A stretch of DNA of 64,000 nt from assembly GCF_035084215.1 (NCBI RefSeq), contig NC_090339.1, forward strand, positions 40,362,001 through 40,426,000, in the 5' to 3' direction. Each line of letters starts with the position of its first letter. Position 1 is the stretch's first letter. The position numbers and the translations under genes were made by a program. The notes below the pieces were generated by a model that worked only from the letters and a program-made list of their open reading frames with translations, made no database searches and had not been told where the DNA came from. This document shows, piece after piece, positions 1 through 13,040 of the stretch. This DNA is from Heptranchias perlo (Eukaryota).

Positions 1-1229
1 AGGGCTCATAAACCTAAAGAACAATGAACAACTGAGAATGAGCAACTGTGATAATTTAATGAAGGATTGAAAAAATGTAAAGTATAAGAGTGCAATTTGA
101 GTGGTTTATTGATATTGTCCGGCGGCTAATGTTAAATTATGGTCTTTACTCACTCACAGCTTACTTTTTTTAATTTGATACTAAATCTGATTTCCTTTCC
201 TCTGAAACAGTCAACTGACATTATGGTTGTGATGTGAAGATTCAGTGCTAAGAAGCCATTGCAATATCATTACTGCAGAAAAACTGTGTTGCATATTTCA
301 TAGGGGAATTTGATCAATGAGTTATCTTGTATTTATAACATCAGATTAGCAGGAATTCAAATCTTAATGCATACTGTAATAGCATCTCATACTCCTGGAC
401 AGGATAAAAGAACAAAATTTTGTTGAACGACAGGGTCCCACCTCTCATTTACAATGTTCTTATTTCTATTTGGTCAATACTACTGTGGTCAGTGCTTCTC
501 TGAATTTGACTTTCTTTTTCTCCTAAGCTGCAATTATGTCATTGTCATGTTTCCCTATTTTTATTTTGATATTTTTTCGTAGAAAGGATTTGGAAAGAGA
601 GTTACTTTGATACGCTGTGGTTTAAAGCATAGTGTACAGACAAGATTAAAATAAGCACTGAGACAATAGGTGGTTAACATACTAATGGAAGTTATTTTCC
701 TCAAAGAATGTAAACAATAAGCAATTTGTTAGCTTGTCTCAGTAATTGATAAAGACTTCAAACCCATTGTGTTGGGAAGTCGTTGGTGCCAGGTATTCGC
801 CAGGGGACTGGCAGGCTGTCCTTTCCAGCTCTGACAGAGGAGCAAAAACTAAGACTTGGAGACACAAGCATTTAGGCCCAGCAAAGGCTACAGTAATGTT
901 AGAATGCAGGTACTAGTTAGAAATTATTTTGTTTAAATCAAGCAACCCACTAATGTGGGGAGGTGTAGCGTGTTCATTATTACATAAAGACAAGTTGTAC
1001 TGGTTGAACTAAATGAATTTGATCCTAACTGTTCTCTGTATGTTTAGTCTCTGTGAAATAAAGCAACTTAACTATTTGCATCTGGCCTCATCTCACCAAG
1101 TGTTTGCTTGGTCTACCTTCAAAGAGATTGAAGAAGCACCTGTACGAAAGACAGGAATATCCAGTTCAGCACCCAAGGGGATACTATTGTTACACTCCTG
1201 GGTTATAGTATATAGTAGATATTAGGTGA

Positions 1230-2350
1230 TATGAGCATACCCCTGAATATAAGATGCTTACAGGAATGGCTGCAACCAATGTACTCAAAAGAGTATCTAA
1301 GGCAAGACCCTGAACTTGTAACAATTGGTGCAGCTCACTGAGTTACACTGGTGACAAAGTCAGTAAAAACTGGTTAAAAATTCAAGTGAACAGAATAGAA
1401 ACAGTGATGTATAAAATGCTGGCCAGATCAAAAGGCAGAATTTGAATTAGTATGATTGGCAGCTGAGGAGAAAGACAAGGAAAAGACTTTCCAGTTAGAT
1501 ATGTTGACATTGAGGCTGGCACAGAGCAAGAACAACAGAAACAGGAGGAGGAGCAACGCAGACTTCAGGACGAGAGAGAACAACACAAAATTCAAGGCCA
1601 ACCAGAAGGAGAAATAGTGCCACTATGATGCCAATGAGAATGAGAAAGAGTGTCGTCACATTGTTGCACTGGCAGAGAAATTGCATGCAACAGCAGCAAG
1701 TCCAGGCAGTGAGGTCACGGAACTCGATGCCCACCCGTCTTTTTATTAAAGTCAAATCTTATTCCAAATTTTGAAGAGGTGGTGATATTGATAGCTTTAT
1801 CTGGGCATTCAAATTGATAACCGATCACCACAAGTGGGATAAAACTGAATGGGCCAGCCAACTCATGGCACCACGAAATGGAAAAGCGCTTTCAGCATTT
1901 TCTCGTGTCAATCCTTCTGATAGTATGGACTGTGATGTAGTAAAACGTCTTATTTTCAGGGCTTATGATTTAACATTAGAATCATACAGGCAGAAATTTA
2001 AGAAACTAAGAAAAAATCCTAACAGTATTTACTGAGAAATGGTTATCCAGCTTGAAGACACGTGGGAGATGTGGCCGGAAAGTAAAGGGATGATTGAACC
2101 ACCAGGGTCTTTTCCATTTAATATTAAGGGAAAGATTTCTAGAAATAGTTCCAGGTGATTTAAGAATCTGTTTACTTGATCAGGAGTGTAAAACTCTCAA
2201 GCAACCGGGCACACATGCTGATCATTTTATGGCCTCACGAGCACAGGTAAGTTATTGCACGGGTAGGAGATCAGATGCCTCAAGCCACCCCACGGACAAA
2301 CCGCTCAGCAAGCCAGCTGTTCAGCCTGCCCTCAATAAGGCTGGAGGAAG
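1230..2350 (+). mobile_element. Decayed Gypsy (Gmr1-like) LTR retrotransposon gag with SCAN-like capsid region
   Basis: Frameshifted peptides RAYDLTLESYRQKFKKLRK and LILRERFLEIVPGDLRICLLDQECKTLKQ..ADHF resemble the AYELVPEAYRQKFR / LEEF..LP..L SCAN-type gag. A coiled-coil-like E/Q/R-rich stretch precedes them. Boundaries approximate. Confidence 0.7.
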
Positions 2351-2569
2351 GTAGCCAAGCAAAATTTAAAGATCTGAAGACAATGAGATCATGGGGATAG
2401 AATTGGAAAGAGCCAGCTAGCCGGCGTGAACTGGACACAGGGAACGATCCACCCCTCTCCACCTCCCTCTGCCTCTCACCTCCTCACCTCTCTCTCTCTG
2501 CCCTCCCATCTGCCTCCTTCCCTTCTCCCCCTTCTTATTCCAATTCAATTATCCCCCACCCTTTAACCC

Positions 2570-2860
2570 TGCTTGACCTGAATGCTGCATCATGTGCTCC
2601 CCAATCTTCCAATTCGGGCCTCTTTTGTAGCCCCCTTCTCTCCAATCTAACCTGTTGCTGCAGACACTTCAGCTGTCCCAGCCCAACACTCTGGAATGCT
2701 CTCACTAAACCCCTCTATCTTGCTTCCTCGCTCCCCTTGCTTCAAAAGCTTTCTCAAACCTTTCTTTCAGCAGTGCTCAGTGTCCGGTTATTTGTGCTCC
2801 TAAGAAGTGTTTTGGAAAATTTCACTTTTATGTCAAAAGTGCTTTTTAAGTTGATGTGGT
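2570..2860 (+). mobile_element. Old L2-type LINE 3' tail fragment
   Basis: ctctggaatgctctcactaaacccctc...cttcaaaagctttctcaaacc...aagtgttttggaa; resembles the L2 tail at 37955-38130. Confidence 0.5.
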
Positions 2861-4177
2861 TGGTGGTGGTGATGGTGTGGTACTGAGCTATTCGGACCAG
2901 AACATTTCCATTTTGATCCATATTCTGTGCTGCTGGTTGCTATCACTCAACCATCAATCAAAGCATTGCAATTAGTGTCAGCACCTTGTGCTAGTGCGGG
3001 ATTAGCAGATAATGGACCCTGCAATGTATCTGTGGATGAAGACCGGATTAAGTTTGACCGTGATCCCTTCCAATGTCGAATGGCACACTGACACTCACCA
3101 ACTTGGCTCACATGTGAAGTTCAGTTGCTTAGATGAGGTACTGGAAGGCTGTTGGCAGATGAACCATATCTTCAGGAGAGAGGCAGGAAGAAAACTGGAA
3201 AAATTCTAAACAAAAAATGAAACACAAAATATCTATAATACATTAACAACGGTGAATGATGTCAGAATTCCACAGACATTGCATGCACGGATTGCACCCT
3301 TCTCTCTCCCCATTGAAAACTAATCACGCCCGTTCCTCATGCTGACCACCAACTGCTAACCCAAAAGCCTATACCAGACATCGGCTCCTGATCAAAAGTA
3401 AGGCAACAGTAGCACTGGATGGAAAGAAAGACTCTGACGTGTACCGCGACTGTGCACCCTTACCTTGAAAGGATCTATTAAAGCACAACAATAACATGTT
3501 ACCAGCACCTCTCCCACACCAGAGCAAAGACCCAAGCAGGAAAGGGAGAATGGGTAGGGCAAGTGACTGAAGGCACAAAAATTCTTGTGCAATGAGAGAG
3601 CAGTGGATTGCTCTATCAAAGAGTCTGAACTGGCTTGATAAGCAACATGGTCTTCTGTGGTATAAACCTCCATGATTCTATTGTTCTAAAGGTACATTCC
3701 TGGTCCGGATGGATTGCATCTGCGCATATTAAAAGAAGTTAGGGAAGAGATAGCAGAAGCAATATTATATATAAAAATTCATTAAAAAAGGGAATAGTGA
3801 CAGAGGATTGGCGAACAGCTAATATGATTCCTATATTTAAAAAGGGAGATAGAACAAGTCCAGGGAACTATAGACCAATTAGCTTAATGTCGGTGGCAGG
3901 AAAGCTAATGGACTCCTTACTCAAAGATGTAATAGAAAAGCATCTGGAAAGTGCAAATATAATAAAGAATAATCAGCATGGATTTCAAAAGGGAAACTTA
4001 ACCAACCTTATTGAATTTTTTGAAGAAGTAACGGAAAGGGTAGGCAAGGTAGATGTAATATGTTTGGATTTTCAAAAGGCCTTCAATAAGATACCACATA
4101 GTAGACTCATGACTACGGTCACAGCACGTGGAGTCAGGGGACAAGTAGCAGAATGGATAGCAAGCTGGCTACAAAAC

Positions 4178-5213
4178 CAATCGTCTCAGCCAATCATCTC
4201 AGCCCCAGGACATTGCTGCAGGAGTTCCTCAGGGCACTTTCCGAGGCCCAGCCATCTTCAGCTGCTTCATCAATGACCTTCCCTCCATCATAAAGTCAGA
4301 AATGGGGATGTTTGCTGATGATTGCACAGTGTTCAGTTCCATTTGCAACCCCTCAAATAATGAAGCAGTCCGTGCCTGCATGCAGCAAGACCTGGACGAC
4401 ATCCAGGCTTGGGCTGATAAGTGGCAAGTAAAATTTGCTCCAGACAGTGCCAGGCAATGACCATCTCCAACAAGAGAGAGTTTAACCAACTCCCCTTGAC
4501 ATTCAACAGCATTACCATCGACGTATCCCCCACCATTAACATCCTGGGGGTCACCATTGACCAGAAACTTAACTGAACCAGCCATATAAATACTGTGACT
4601 ACAAGAGCAGGTCAGAGGCTGGGTATTCTGTGGCGAGTGACTCACCTCCTGACTCTCCAAAGCCTTTCCACCATCTACAAGGCACAAGTCAGGAGTGTGA
4701 TGGAATACTCTCCACTTGACTGGATGAGTGCAGCTCCAACAACACTCAAGAAGCTAGACACCATCCAGGCCAAAGCAGCCCGCTTGATTGGCACCCCATC
4801 CACCACCCTAAACATTCACTCCCTTCACCACTGGTGCACTGTGGCTGCAGTGTGTACCATCCACAGGATGCACTGCAGCAACTCGCCAAGGCTTCTTCGA
4901 CAGCACCTCCCAAACCCACGACCTCTACCGCCGAGAAGGACAAGGACAGCAGGCACATGGGAACAACACCACCTGCACGTTCCCCTCCAAGTCACACACC
5001 ATCCCGACTTGGAAATATATCGCCGTTCCTTCATCGTCGCTGGGTCAAAATCCTGGAACTGCCTACCTAACAGCACTGTGGGAGAACCTTCACCGTACGG
5101 ACTGTAGCGGTTCAAGAAGGCGGCTCACCACCACCTTCTCAAGGGAAATTAGGGATGGGCAATAAATGCTGGCCTTGCCAGTTACGCCCACATCCCAGGA
5201 ATGAATAAAAAAA
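4178..5213 (+). mobile_element. 5'-truncated CR1/L2-group LINE of a different family inserted in CR1 A
   Basis: RT core GVPQG..LFSCFINDL..MFADD and C-terminal SVMEYSPLDWMSAAPTTLKKLDTIQAKAARLIG. 3' UTR attagggatgggcaataaatgctggcc, ending gaatgaataaaaaaa. Confidence 0.88.
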
Positions 5214-5273
5214 GCAGAAATCAGAGAGTAGGGGTTAAGGGTAGTTACTCAGACTGGCAAAAGGTGGGAAGTG

Positions 5274-6915
5274 TCTTCACAGTAGAAGACACAAAAAACC
5301 CCCAGAAATATTGGAGAACCAAGGGTCTAATGAGAGGGAGGAACTTAAAGTAATTACGATTAGTAAAGAAAATGTTTTAGAAAAGTTAATGGGTCTAAAA
5401 TCTGACAAATCCCCTGGACCTGATGACCTACAGCATAGGGTTTTAGAAGAGGTGGCTGCAGAGATCGTGGATGCATTGGTTTTGATCTTCCAGAATTCCC
5501 TAGATCCTAGAACAGTTTCCATGAATTGGAAGGTAGCAAATGTAGCACCGCTATTCAAGAAAAGAGGGAGAGAGAACACAGGGAACTACAGGCCAGTTAG
5601 CCTGACATCAATATTGGGGAAAATGCTAGAATCTAATAGTAAGGACGTAGTAACAAGGCACTTAGAAAATCATAATATGATTAGGCACAGTTTTATGAAA
5701 GGGAAATCGTGTTTGACAACTCTATTAGAGTTTTTTGAGAGTGTAACTGGCAGGGTAGATAAGGGGGAACCAGTGGATGTAGTATATTTGGATTTCAAAA
5801 GGCATTCAATAAAGTGCCACGTAAAAGGTTATTACACAAGATTAGGGCTCATGGGATTGGGGTAATATCTTTGCATGGATAGAGGATTGGTTAATGGACA
5901 GAAAACAGAGAGTAAGAATAAACGGGTCATTTTTGGATTGGCAGGATGTAACTAGTGGTGTGCCGCAGGGATCGGTGCTTGGGCCTCAGCTATTTAGAAT
6001 CTATATTAATGACTTAGATGAGGGGACCGAGTGTAATGTATCCAAGTTTGCTGACGATACAAAGCTAGGTGGGAAAGTAAGCTGTGAGGAGGACGCAAAG
6101 AGTCTGCAAAGGAATATCAACAGGTTAAGTGAGTGGGCAAGAAGGTGGCAGATGGAAAATAGAAAAACAGAATATTTTTTAAATGGTGGGAAACTATTAA
6201 ATGTTGGTGTTCAGAGAGATTTGGGTGTCCTTATACATGAAACACAAAAAGTTAACATGCAGGTGCAGCAAGGAATTAGGAAGGCAAACAATATGTTGGC
6301 CTTTATTGCAAGGGGGTTGGAGTACAAGAATAAGGAAATCTTGCTGCAATTGTATAGGGCTTTGATGAGCAATTTTGGTCGCCTTACCTAAGAAAGGATA
6401 TACTTGCCTTAGAGGCGGTGCAACGAAGGTTCATTAGATTGATTCCTGGGATCAGAAGGTTGTCCTTTGAGGAAAGATTGAGTGGAATGGGCCTATACTA
6501 TCTGGAGATTAGAAGAATGAGAGGTGATCTCATTGAAACATGTAAGATTCTGAGAGGGCTTGACAGGTTAGATGTTGAAAGGATGTTTCCCATAGCTGGA
6601 GAGTCTAGAACTAGGGGACATAGTCTCAGGATAAGGGGTCAGACATTTAGAACTGAGATGAGGAGGAACTTCTTCACTCACAGGGTTGTGAATCTTTTGG
6701 AATTCTCTCCCCCAGAGGGCTGTGGATGCTCAGTCATTGAGTATATTCAAGACTGAGATCAATAGATTTTTGGACTCTAAGGGAATCAAGGGATATGGGG
6801 CTCGGGTGGGAAAGTGGAGTTGAGATTGAAGATCAGCCATGATCTTATTGAATGGTGGAGCAGGCTCGAGGGGCTGAATGGTCTACTCCTGCTCTTATTT
6901 CTTATGTTCTTGTGT
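5274..6915 (+). mobile_element. 5'-truncated CR1 LINE (element B) inserted in CR1 A
   Basis: ORF2 RT fragments (KSPGPD, GVPQGSVLGP, SKFADD), tail cttatttcttatgttcttgtg, flanked by the repeated aagtg. Confidence 0.9.
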
Positions 6916-9072
6916 AAGTGGAGTTCCACAAGGGTCGGTGCTGGAACCACTGTTGCTCACCATGTACATAAACGATTTGGATTGGGGAATCGGAAGTACA
7001 AATTCAAAATTTGCCATCGACACCAAATTGGGGGTGTCGTAAATACTGAGGAGGACTGCAAAAAAATACAAGAAGACATCAATAAACTCGCAGAATGGGC
7101 GTGTAATCGGCAAATGAATTTCAATATAGATAACTGTGAGGTGGTACATTTTGGTAGGAAGAATAAGAGTCGAAATGGGGTAGAGGAGCTGAGGGATCTG
7201 GGGGTACAGATACACAAATCACTAAAAGTCACGACGCAGGTTAATTATGCCATAAAAAAAGCCAACAAAGCACCGCGGTTCATTTCTAGAGGGGTAGAAT
7301 TGAAAAGCTGGGAAGTTATATTAAACTTGTATAGAACCTTAGTTCGACCACACTTGGAGTACTATGATAGTTTTGATCTCACTAATAAATCCAATAGCCA
7401 ATTCTGGAGAAACTTCTTTGCCCAGAGAGTGGTTAGAATGTGGAACCCGCTACCACAAGGAGTAATTGAGCCGACTAGCATAAATGCATTTAAGGGGAAG
7501 CTGGATAAACACATGAGGGAGAAAGGAATAGAAGGATATGTTGATGGGGTTAGATGAAGATGGGTGGGAGGAGGCTCACGTGGAGCATAAACAGAGCATA
7601 TGGAGTCAGGAGACAAGTAGCAGAATGGATAGCAAGCTGGCTACAAAACAGAAAACAGAGAGTAGGGGTTAAAGGTAGTTACTCAGACTGGCAAAAGGTG
7701 GGAAGCAATGTTCCACAATGGTTGGTGCTGGGACCACTGTTTTTCACCATGCACCTGTTGGGCTGAATGGCCTGTTTCTGTGCTGTACATTCTGTGTAAT
7801 TCTATGTAATCTTGAGGAGGCTTTTGAAGGTGGGGAGAGAAGTAGCAAGGTGGAGTTATGTAGGAAGAGAATTCCAGGGTGCGGGGCCATGGTGGTCATA
7901 TGTAATCCCTCTGTTCATTATATTAACAAAGGCATTAAACTGTTTAAAAGGGGCAAATGCATCCCTTTGTTAAAATAGTAAAAGAAAGATTTTCATTGCA
8001 ATCATTTAGTTACTGATAATGTGCAGTGTAATTTCAATCCAAAGGACTCTTGCCACTACGACCACTTTTAAATTTGAATCAATTAAAAAAGATTAATGGA
8101 TAAGTTTAACATTCTTTTGATTTCTTGTTTCTTTGTGTCTTTTCTTGAGAATTATTTAATGAACAGTGAGTTCTGATGATATAGTGGGAGAGCAAGCTGA
8201 GAGCAGTTATTGAGCCATGGCAACAGTAATTAATCTGTAGTGCTTCAGTGATCTTGCGATTTCAACTATGTGCATTAATTCCATTCCTTCACTACATCAA
8301 GCAATTTAACTTCTCCAAGCACATTTCAAATTTTTGCTTTTAATCATTAATTTTACTAGTTAATCAGTCCCCCCTTCTCTTTTCTCTCCTTCTCACATGA
8401 AGATGCCAACCTTTGCTGGGGTACAATTCCACAGCAGCCTAACTGACCATTCTTCATGTGGAAGCCTAGATGATGAGTGAAAGCAGGCTATTCAACTCTG
8501 GAGGAATCATAGCTGAGCCTGACCCTGATCCCAATGATCACTTACGTGCACTTTCCAGGAGTGATCACTGGATAATGATCAATAGTAGGGCTCCTACCCT
8601 TCTTTTACTCTCCGTACCCCAATGGTGCCGTGGCCAACTGTAGCAACTTAATTGCCGGTGCTGGCTGAAATGAACTAACAGACCAAGAGTCAATACTAGG
8701 ATCTTCTGGTCTGCCTCACTTAGTGCTACATCATGTGATGTAGCAGATTACTGGAGGAAAAATTATGCTTTTTTGTTATTTATTGTCCTCTGGCCACTCC
8801 ACATTAGTATAAATTACATAAAACAAATCCATTAGTTTAAGTTTGAATGAATTTGACTGCAGCATCTGATTCAGGACATTTACATTTAATTCAGTCTCTG
8901 ATTACTGTATAGCAGATCTCATTTAGTTATATTCATATAGGAAATAATTGTGCATGAATTATGTCCTTTTGTATTTGACTTACTTTCAGTTCAGTGATTT
9001 TGTTTTTTAATTAGTTCTAATTTATTCTCACTCAGGACCTCAAAACTGTGAAATTTTTTGCTTGGTTCCTAT

Positions 9073-9495
9073 GAGCTTGGCTCAGTGGTAGCACTTTCAA
9101 CTCTGAATCAGCAGGTAGCGGTTTCAAGCCCCACTCCAGGACCTAAGCATATAATCTAGGCCGCCCTTCAGTGCAGTACTGAGGGAATTTTGCATTGTCA
9201 GGGGTGCTATCTTTCAGATGAGATGTTAAACCAAATCCCTATTTGGGTGGATGGAGAGGATCTCAAGGGGCTTTTTTGAACATCAGCAGGAAGTTCTTGC
9301 AATGTCTTGGCCAACATTCACCCGATTAACCAACACCATGAAAAATACAGATTAACTGGTCATTCACCTCCTCACTGTTTGTACACAAAGTGTTTACCTA
9401 CAAAACAAATTGCATTTCAAAAGTAATTAATTAGCTTTGAAACACTGTGGAATGTCCTGAGGATGTGAAAGATGCTACATAAATCCAAGTCTTAC
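9073..9495 (+). mobile_element. tRNA-derived Deu-domain SINE (SacSINE1/AmnSINE1-like)
   Basis: A-box tggctcagtgg, B-like gtttcaagccc, central cagtgcagtactgaggga...ctttcagatgagatgttaaacc, and tail gtcctgaggatgtgaaagatgctacataaatccaagtc. Confidence 0.75.
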
Positions 9496-9599
9496 TTTTA
9501 CTTTCCTCAGTCCTCCTAAAATCTTCAGGCATTTAGGTGTCACCAAATAGCAATTGCCTGATCTTCCTTGTCTTCTGTTTAACTCTTTTCGTCTCTGGA

Positions 9600-12001
9600 G
9601 GACGAATTCCTGGAATTTATACGAGATGGTTTTCTAGATCAGTATGTTGAGGAGCGAACTAGGGAACAGGCTATTTTAGATCTAGTATTGCGCAATGCGA
9701 AAGGGTTAATTAATAATCTTGTTGTAAAGGAGCCCTTAGGGAAGAGTGACCATAATATGATAGAATTCTTCATTAAGTTTGAAAGTGATGTAGTTTAATC
9801 CGAAACTTAGGGTCTCAAATCTAAACAAAGGAAACTACGAAGGTATGAGGCACAAGTTGGCTGTGGTTGATTGGGGAACTACATTAAAAGGTATGATGGT
9901 AGACAGGCAATGGCTAGCATTTAAAGAATTAATACATAATTTGCAACAAATATATAGTCCTTTAAGGCACAAAAACCCAACAGTAAAAGTGGTCCAACCG
10001 TGGCTAACAAGAGAAATTAAAGATAATATTAAAGCAAAGAAAGAGGCATATGAAGTTGCCAGAAAAAGCACCAAGCCTGAGGTTTGGGAGCATTTTAGAA
10101 TTCAGCAAAGGAGGACCAAGAAATTGATAAAGGGAACATAGAATATGAGAGTAAACTAGCAAGAAACATAAAAACGGACAGTAAAAGCTTCTATAGGTAT
10201 GTAAAAAGGAAAAGACTGGCAAAGGCAAATGTGGGTCCCTTACAGACAGAGACGTGAGAATTTATAATGGGGAATAAGGAAATGCCAGAGAAATTAAACA
10301 AATACTTTATGTCTGTCTTCACGGAAGAAGACACAAAAAAACTCCCAGAAATATTAGAGAACCAAGGGTCTGGCGAGAATGAGGAACTGAAAGAAATTAG
10401 TATTAGTAGAAAAAATAGTACTAGAGAAATTAATGGGACAAAGTCAATAAGTCCCAAGGACCTGATGATGTACATCCCAGGGTTTTGAAAGAGGTGGCTA
10501 TAAAGATAGTGGATGCATTGGTTGTCATCTTCCAAAATTCTACAGATTCTGGAACGGTTCCTGCAGATTGGAGGGTAGGAAATGTAACCCCACTATTTAA
10601 GAAAGGAGGGAGAGAGAAAACAGGGAACTACAGAACTGTTAGCCTGACATCAGTACTAGGGAAAATGCTAGAATCTATTATAAAGGATGTGATAACAGGA
10701 CACTTAGAAAATAATAATAGGATTTGGCAGAGTCAACATGGATTTATGAAAGGGAAATCATGTTTAACAAACCTATTGGAGTTCTTTGAGGATGTAACCA
10801 GAAGAATAGATAAGGGAGAACCAGTGGGTGTGGTCTATTTGGATTTTCAGAAGGCTTTCGATAAGGTCCCACAGGAGGTTGGTGAACAAAGTTAGAGCAC
10901 ATGGAATTGGGGGTAATATACTGGCATAGATTGAGAATTGGTTAACAGACAGAAAACAGAGAGTAGGAATAAACGGGTCGTTTTCAGGTTGGCAGACTGT
11001 GACTAGTGGGGTACGACAGGGATCGGTGCTTGGGCCCCAGCTATTCACAATCTATATCAATGATTTGGATGAGGGGACCAAATGTAATATTTCCAAGTTT
11101 GCTGATGACACAAAACTAGGTGGGAATGTGAGTTCTGCGGAGGATGCAAAGTGGCTTCAAGGGGATATAGACAGGCTAAGTGAGTGGGCAAGAACATGGC
11201 AGATGGAATATAATGTGGAAAAATGTGAAGTTATCCACTTTGATAGGAAAAACAGAAATGCAGAGTATTTTTTAAATGGTGAGAGATTGGGAAATGTTGA
11301 TGTTCAAAGGGACCTGGATGTCCTTGTACATGAGGCACTGAAAGCTAACATGCAGGTGCAGCCAGCAATTAGGAAGACAAATGGTATGTTGGCCTTTATT
11401 TCAAGAGGATTTGAGTACAGGAGTAAAGATGTCTTATTGCAATTATATAGGGGCTTGGTGAGACCGGATCTGGAGTATTGTGTACAATTTTGGTCTCCTT
11501 GCCTAAGAAAGGATATACTTGCCATAGAGGGAGTACACCGAAGGGTCACCAGACTGATTCCTGGGATGGCGGGATTGTTGTATGAGCAGAGATTGAGTAG
11601 ACTAGGCCTGTATTCTCTAGAGTTTAGAAGAATGAGAGGTGATCTCATTGAAACATACAAAATTCTTACAGGGCTCGACAGGGTAGTTGCAAGGAAGATC
11701 TTTCCCCTGGCTGGGGAGTCTAGACCCAGGGGTCACAGTCTCAGAATAAGGGGTAAGCCATTTAGGACTGAGATGAGGAGAAATTTCTTCACTCAGAGGG
11801 TGGTGAATCTTTGGAATTCTCTACCCCAGAGGGCTGTAGAAGCTTAGTCATTGAGTGCATTCAAAACAGAGATTGATAGATTTCTAGATATTAAAGGCAT
11901 CAAGGGATATGGGGATAGTGCAGGAAAATGGCGTTGAGGCAGACGATCAGACGGATGGCCTACTCCTGCTCCAATTTCTTATGTTCTTATGTTCTTATGT
12001 T
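9600..12001 (+). mobile_element. CR1 LINE ORF2 (late endonuclease + RT) with 3' tail
   Basis: LDLV..EPLGKSDHNMIEF (APE end) and RT ORFs 10485-11847; tail (ttcttatg)x3. Multiple stops and frameshifts. Confidence 0.93.
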
Positions 12002-12329
12002 TTCAAGCTTGATGGTATGGACACTGTGGGCCTTAGCCCTTCACCTTGCTTTCTTATTAAAAGAAATATGTAGTAAATCAGCTCCTTCACACTACTGGGT
12101 ATGTGAACTCCTCCAGTTTCATCCTCCACAAATGCCTTATCAGTTTAAATAAAATATTCATTTTTTCTTTTTTACTTCTTTGCTCCTTTATTCTCCTCCC
12201 TTCCTAAATGTGTTAACTCATGCTGAAGTATAGTTGTCTGAATGCTGTCAGTCCTCTGGTACCTTGCCCAGAAGCTATTCATCATGTGTGAATCTCGGTA
12301 GTAACTCTTGGCAACCTATTTAACGACAG

Positions 12330-13040
12330 CAAATTGCATTTATATAGTACCTTTAAAACAGAAAATGTCCCAAGGCAGCTCACATTAGACACAAGTAGGA
12401 GTTGGGGTGAAGGAAAGTTATGGGAGGTGATTGTAAATGCAGTAGAAAGAGGTAGGTTTTCAGGAAGTATTTGAAGGTTGGGAAGATGTATTCACCAACT
12501 GGAGAGTGGAAGGATGGGCAAACATGCATTAGAACAGAGTTGGAAGAGTGAAGGGTGCTGGAAGTCATGCAGAGCGGGAGGAGGTTACAGAGGCAGGAAG
12601 GGGTGAAGCTGTGCAGAGATTTGAAGGCAAGAACATGGTTTTGAAATTACTGCACTGAGAGAACAGAAGCCAATGGATATTGACAAGGACTGGAGTGACA
12701 GGTGAGAGGGATTTTATGCAGGATAGGATACAAGTGGTGGAGTTCTGGATGAGTTGGAGTTTTTATAATGTGGAGCTTGGGAGGCCAGCAAGTAGGGTGG
12801 TGGAAAAGTTGAGTCTAGAGATGACAAAGACATGGGCAAGGGTTTCAGCGGCAATGGAGGTGATGTAAAGACAGAAAAGAGTGATATTTCAGAGTTGGAA
12901 GAAGGCGGTCTAGGTAACTAGATGTGAGGTTTAAAGCTCAGGAACAAGGAGGAAACCAAGACTGTAGAGTTTGAGCAGGCATCTGGGAAGGGGGTAAAGG
13001 TCAGGTGCTAGGGCATGGAATGTCTGGTGGAGAACAAACA
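12330..13040 (-). mobile_element. Degenerate L2 LINE 3' fragment
   Basis: Begins with an L2-type tail (gcaaattgcatttatatagtaccttt); body resembles 41020-41545. Confidence 0.6.

Larger units (their letters stand above)
3697..7810 (+). mobile_element. CR1 LINE (host element A), split by two later insertions
   Basis: RT-region peptides DWRTANMIPIFKKGDRTSPGNYRPISL... Pieces at 3697-4177, 5214-5273 and 6917-7590, with 3' tail ttctgtgtaattctatgtaat near 7810. Confidence 0.85.

Noticed and set aside
583-670. Plus-strand exon-like segment after ttttttcgtag
   Set aside because: Stops in all three frames and a weak donor.
3369-3673. Minus-strand ORFs with a strong AAG|gtaagg donor near 3463
   Set aside because: No recognisable homology and no partner exon found.
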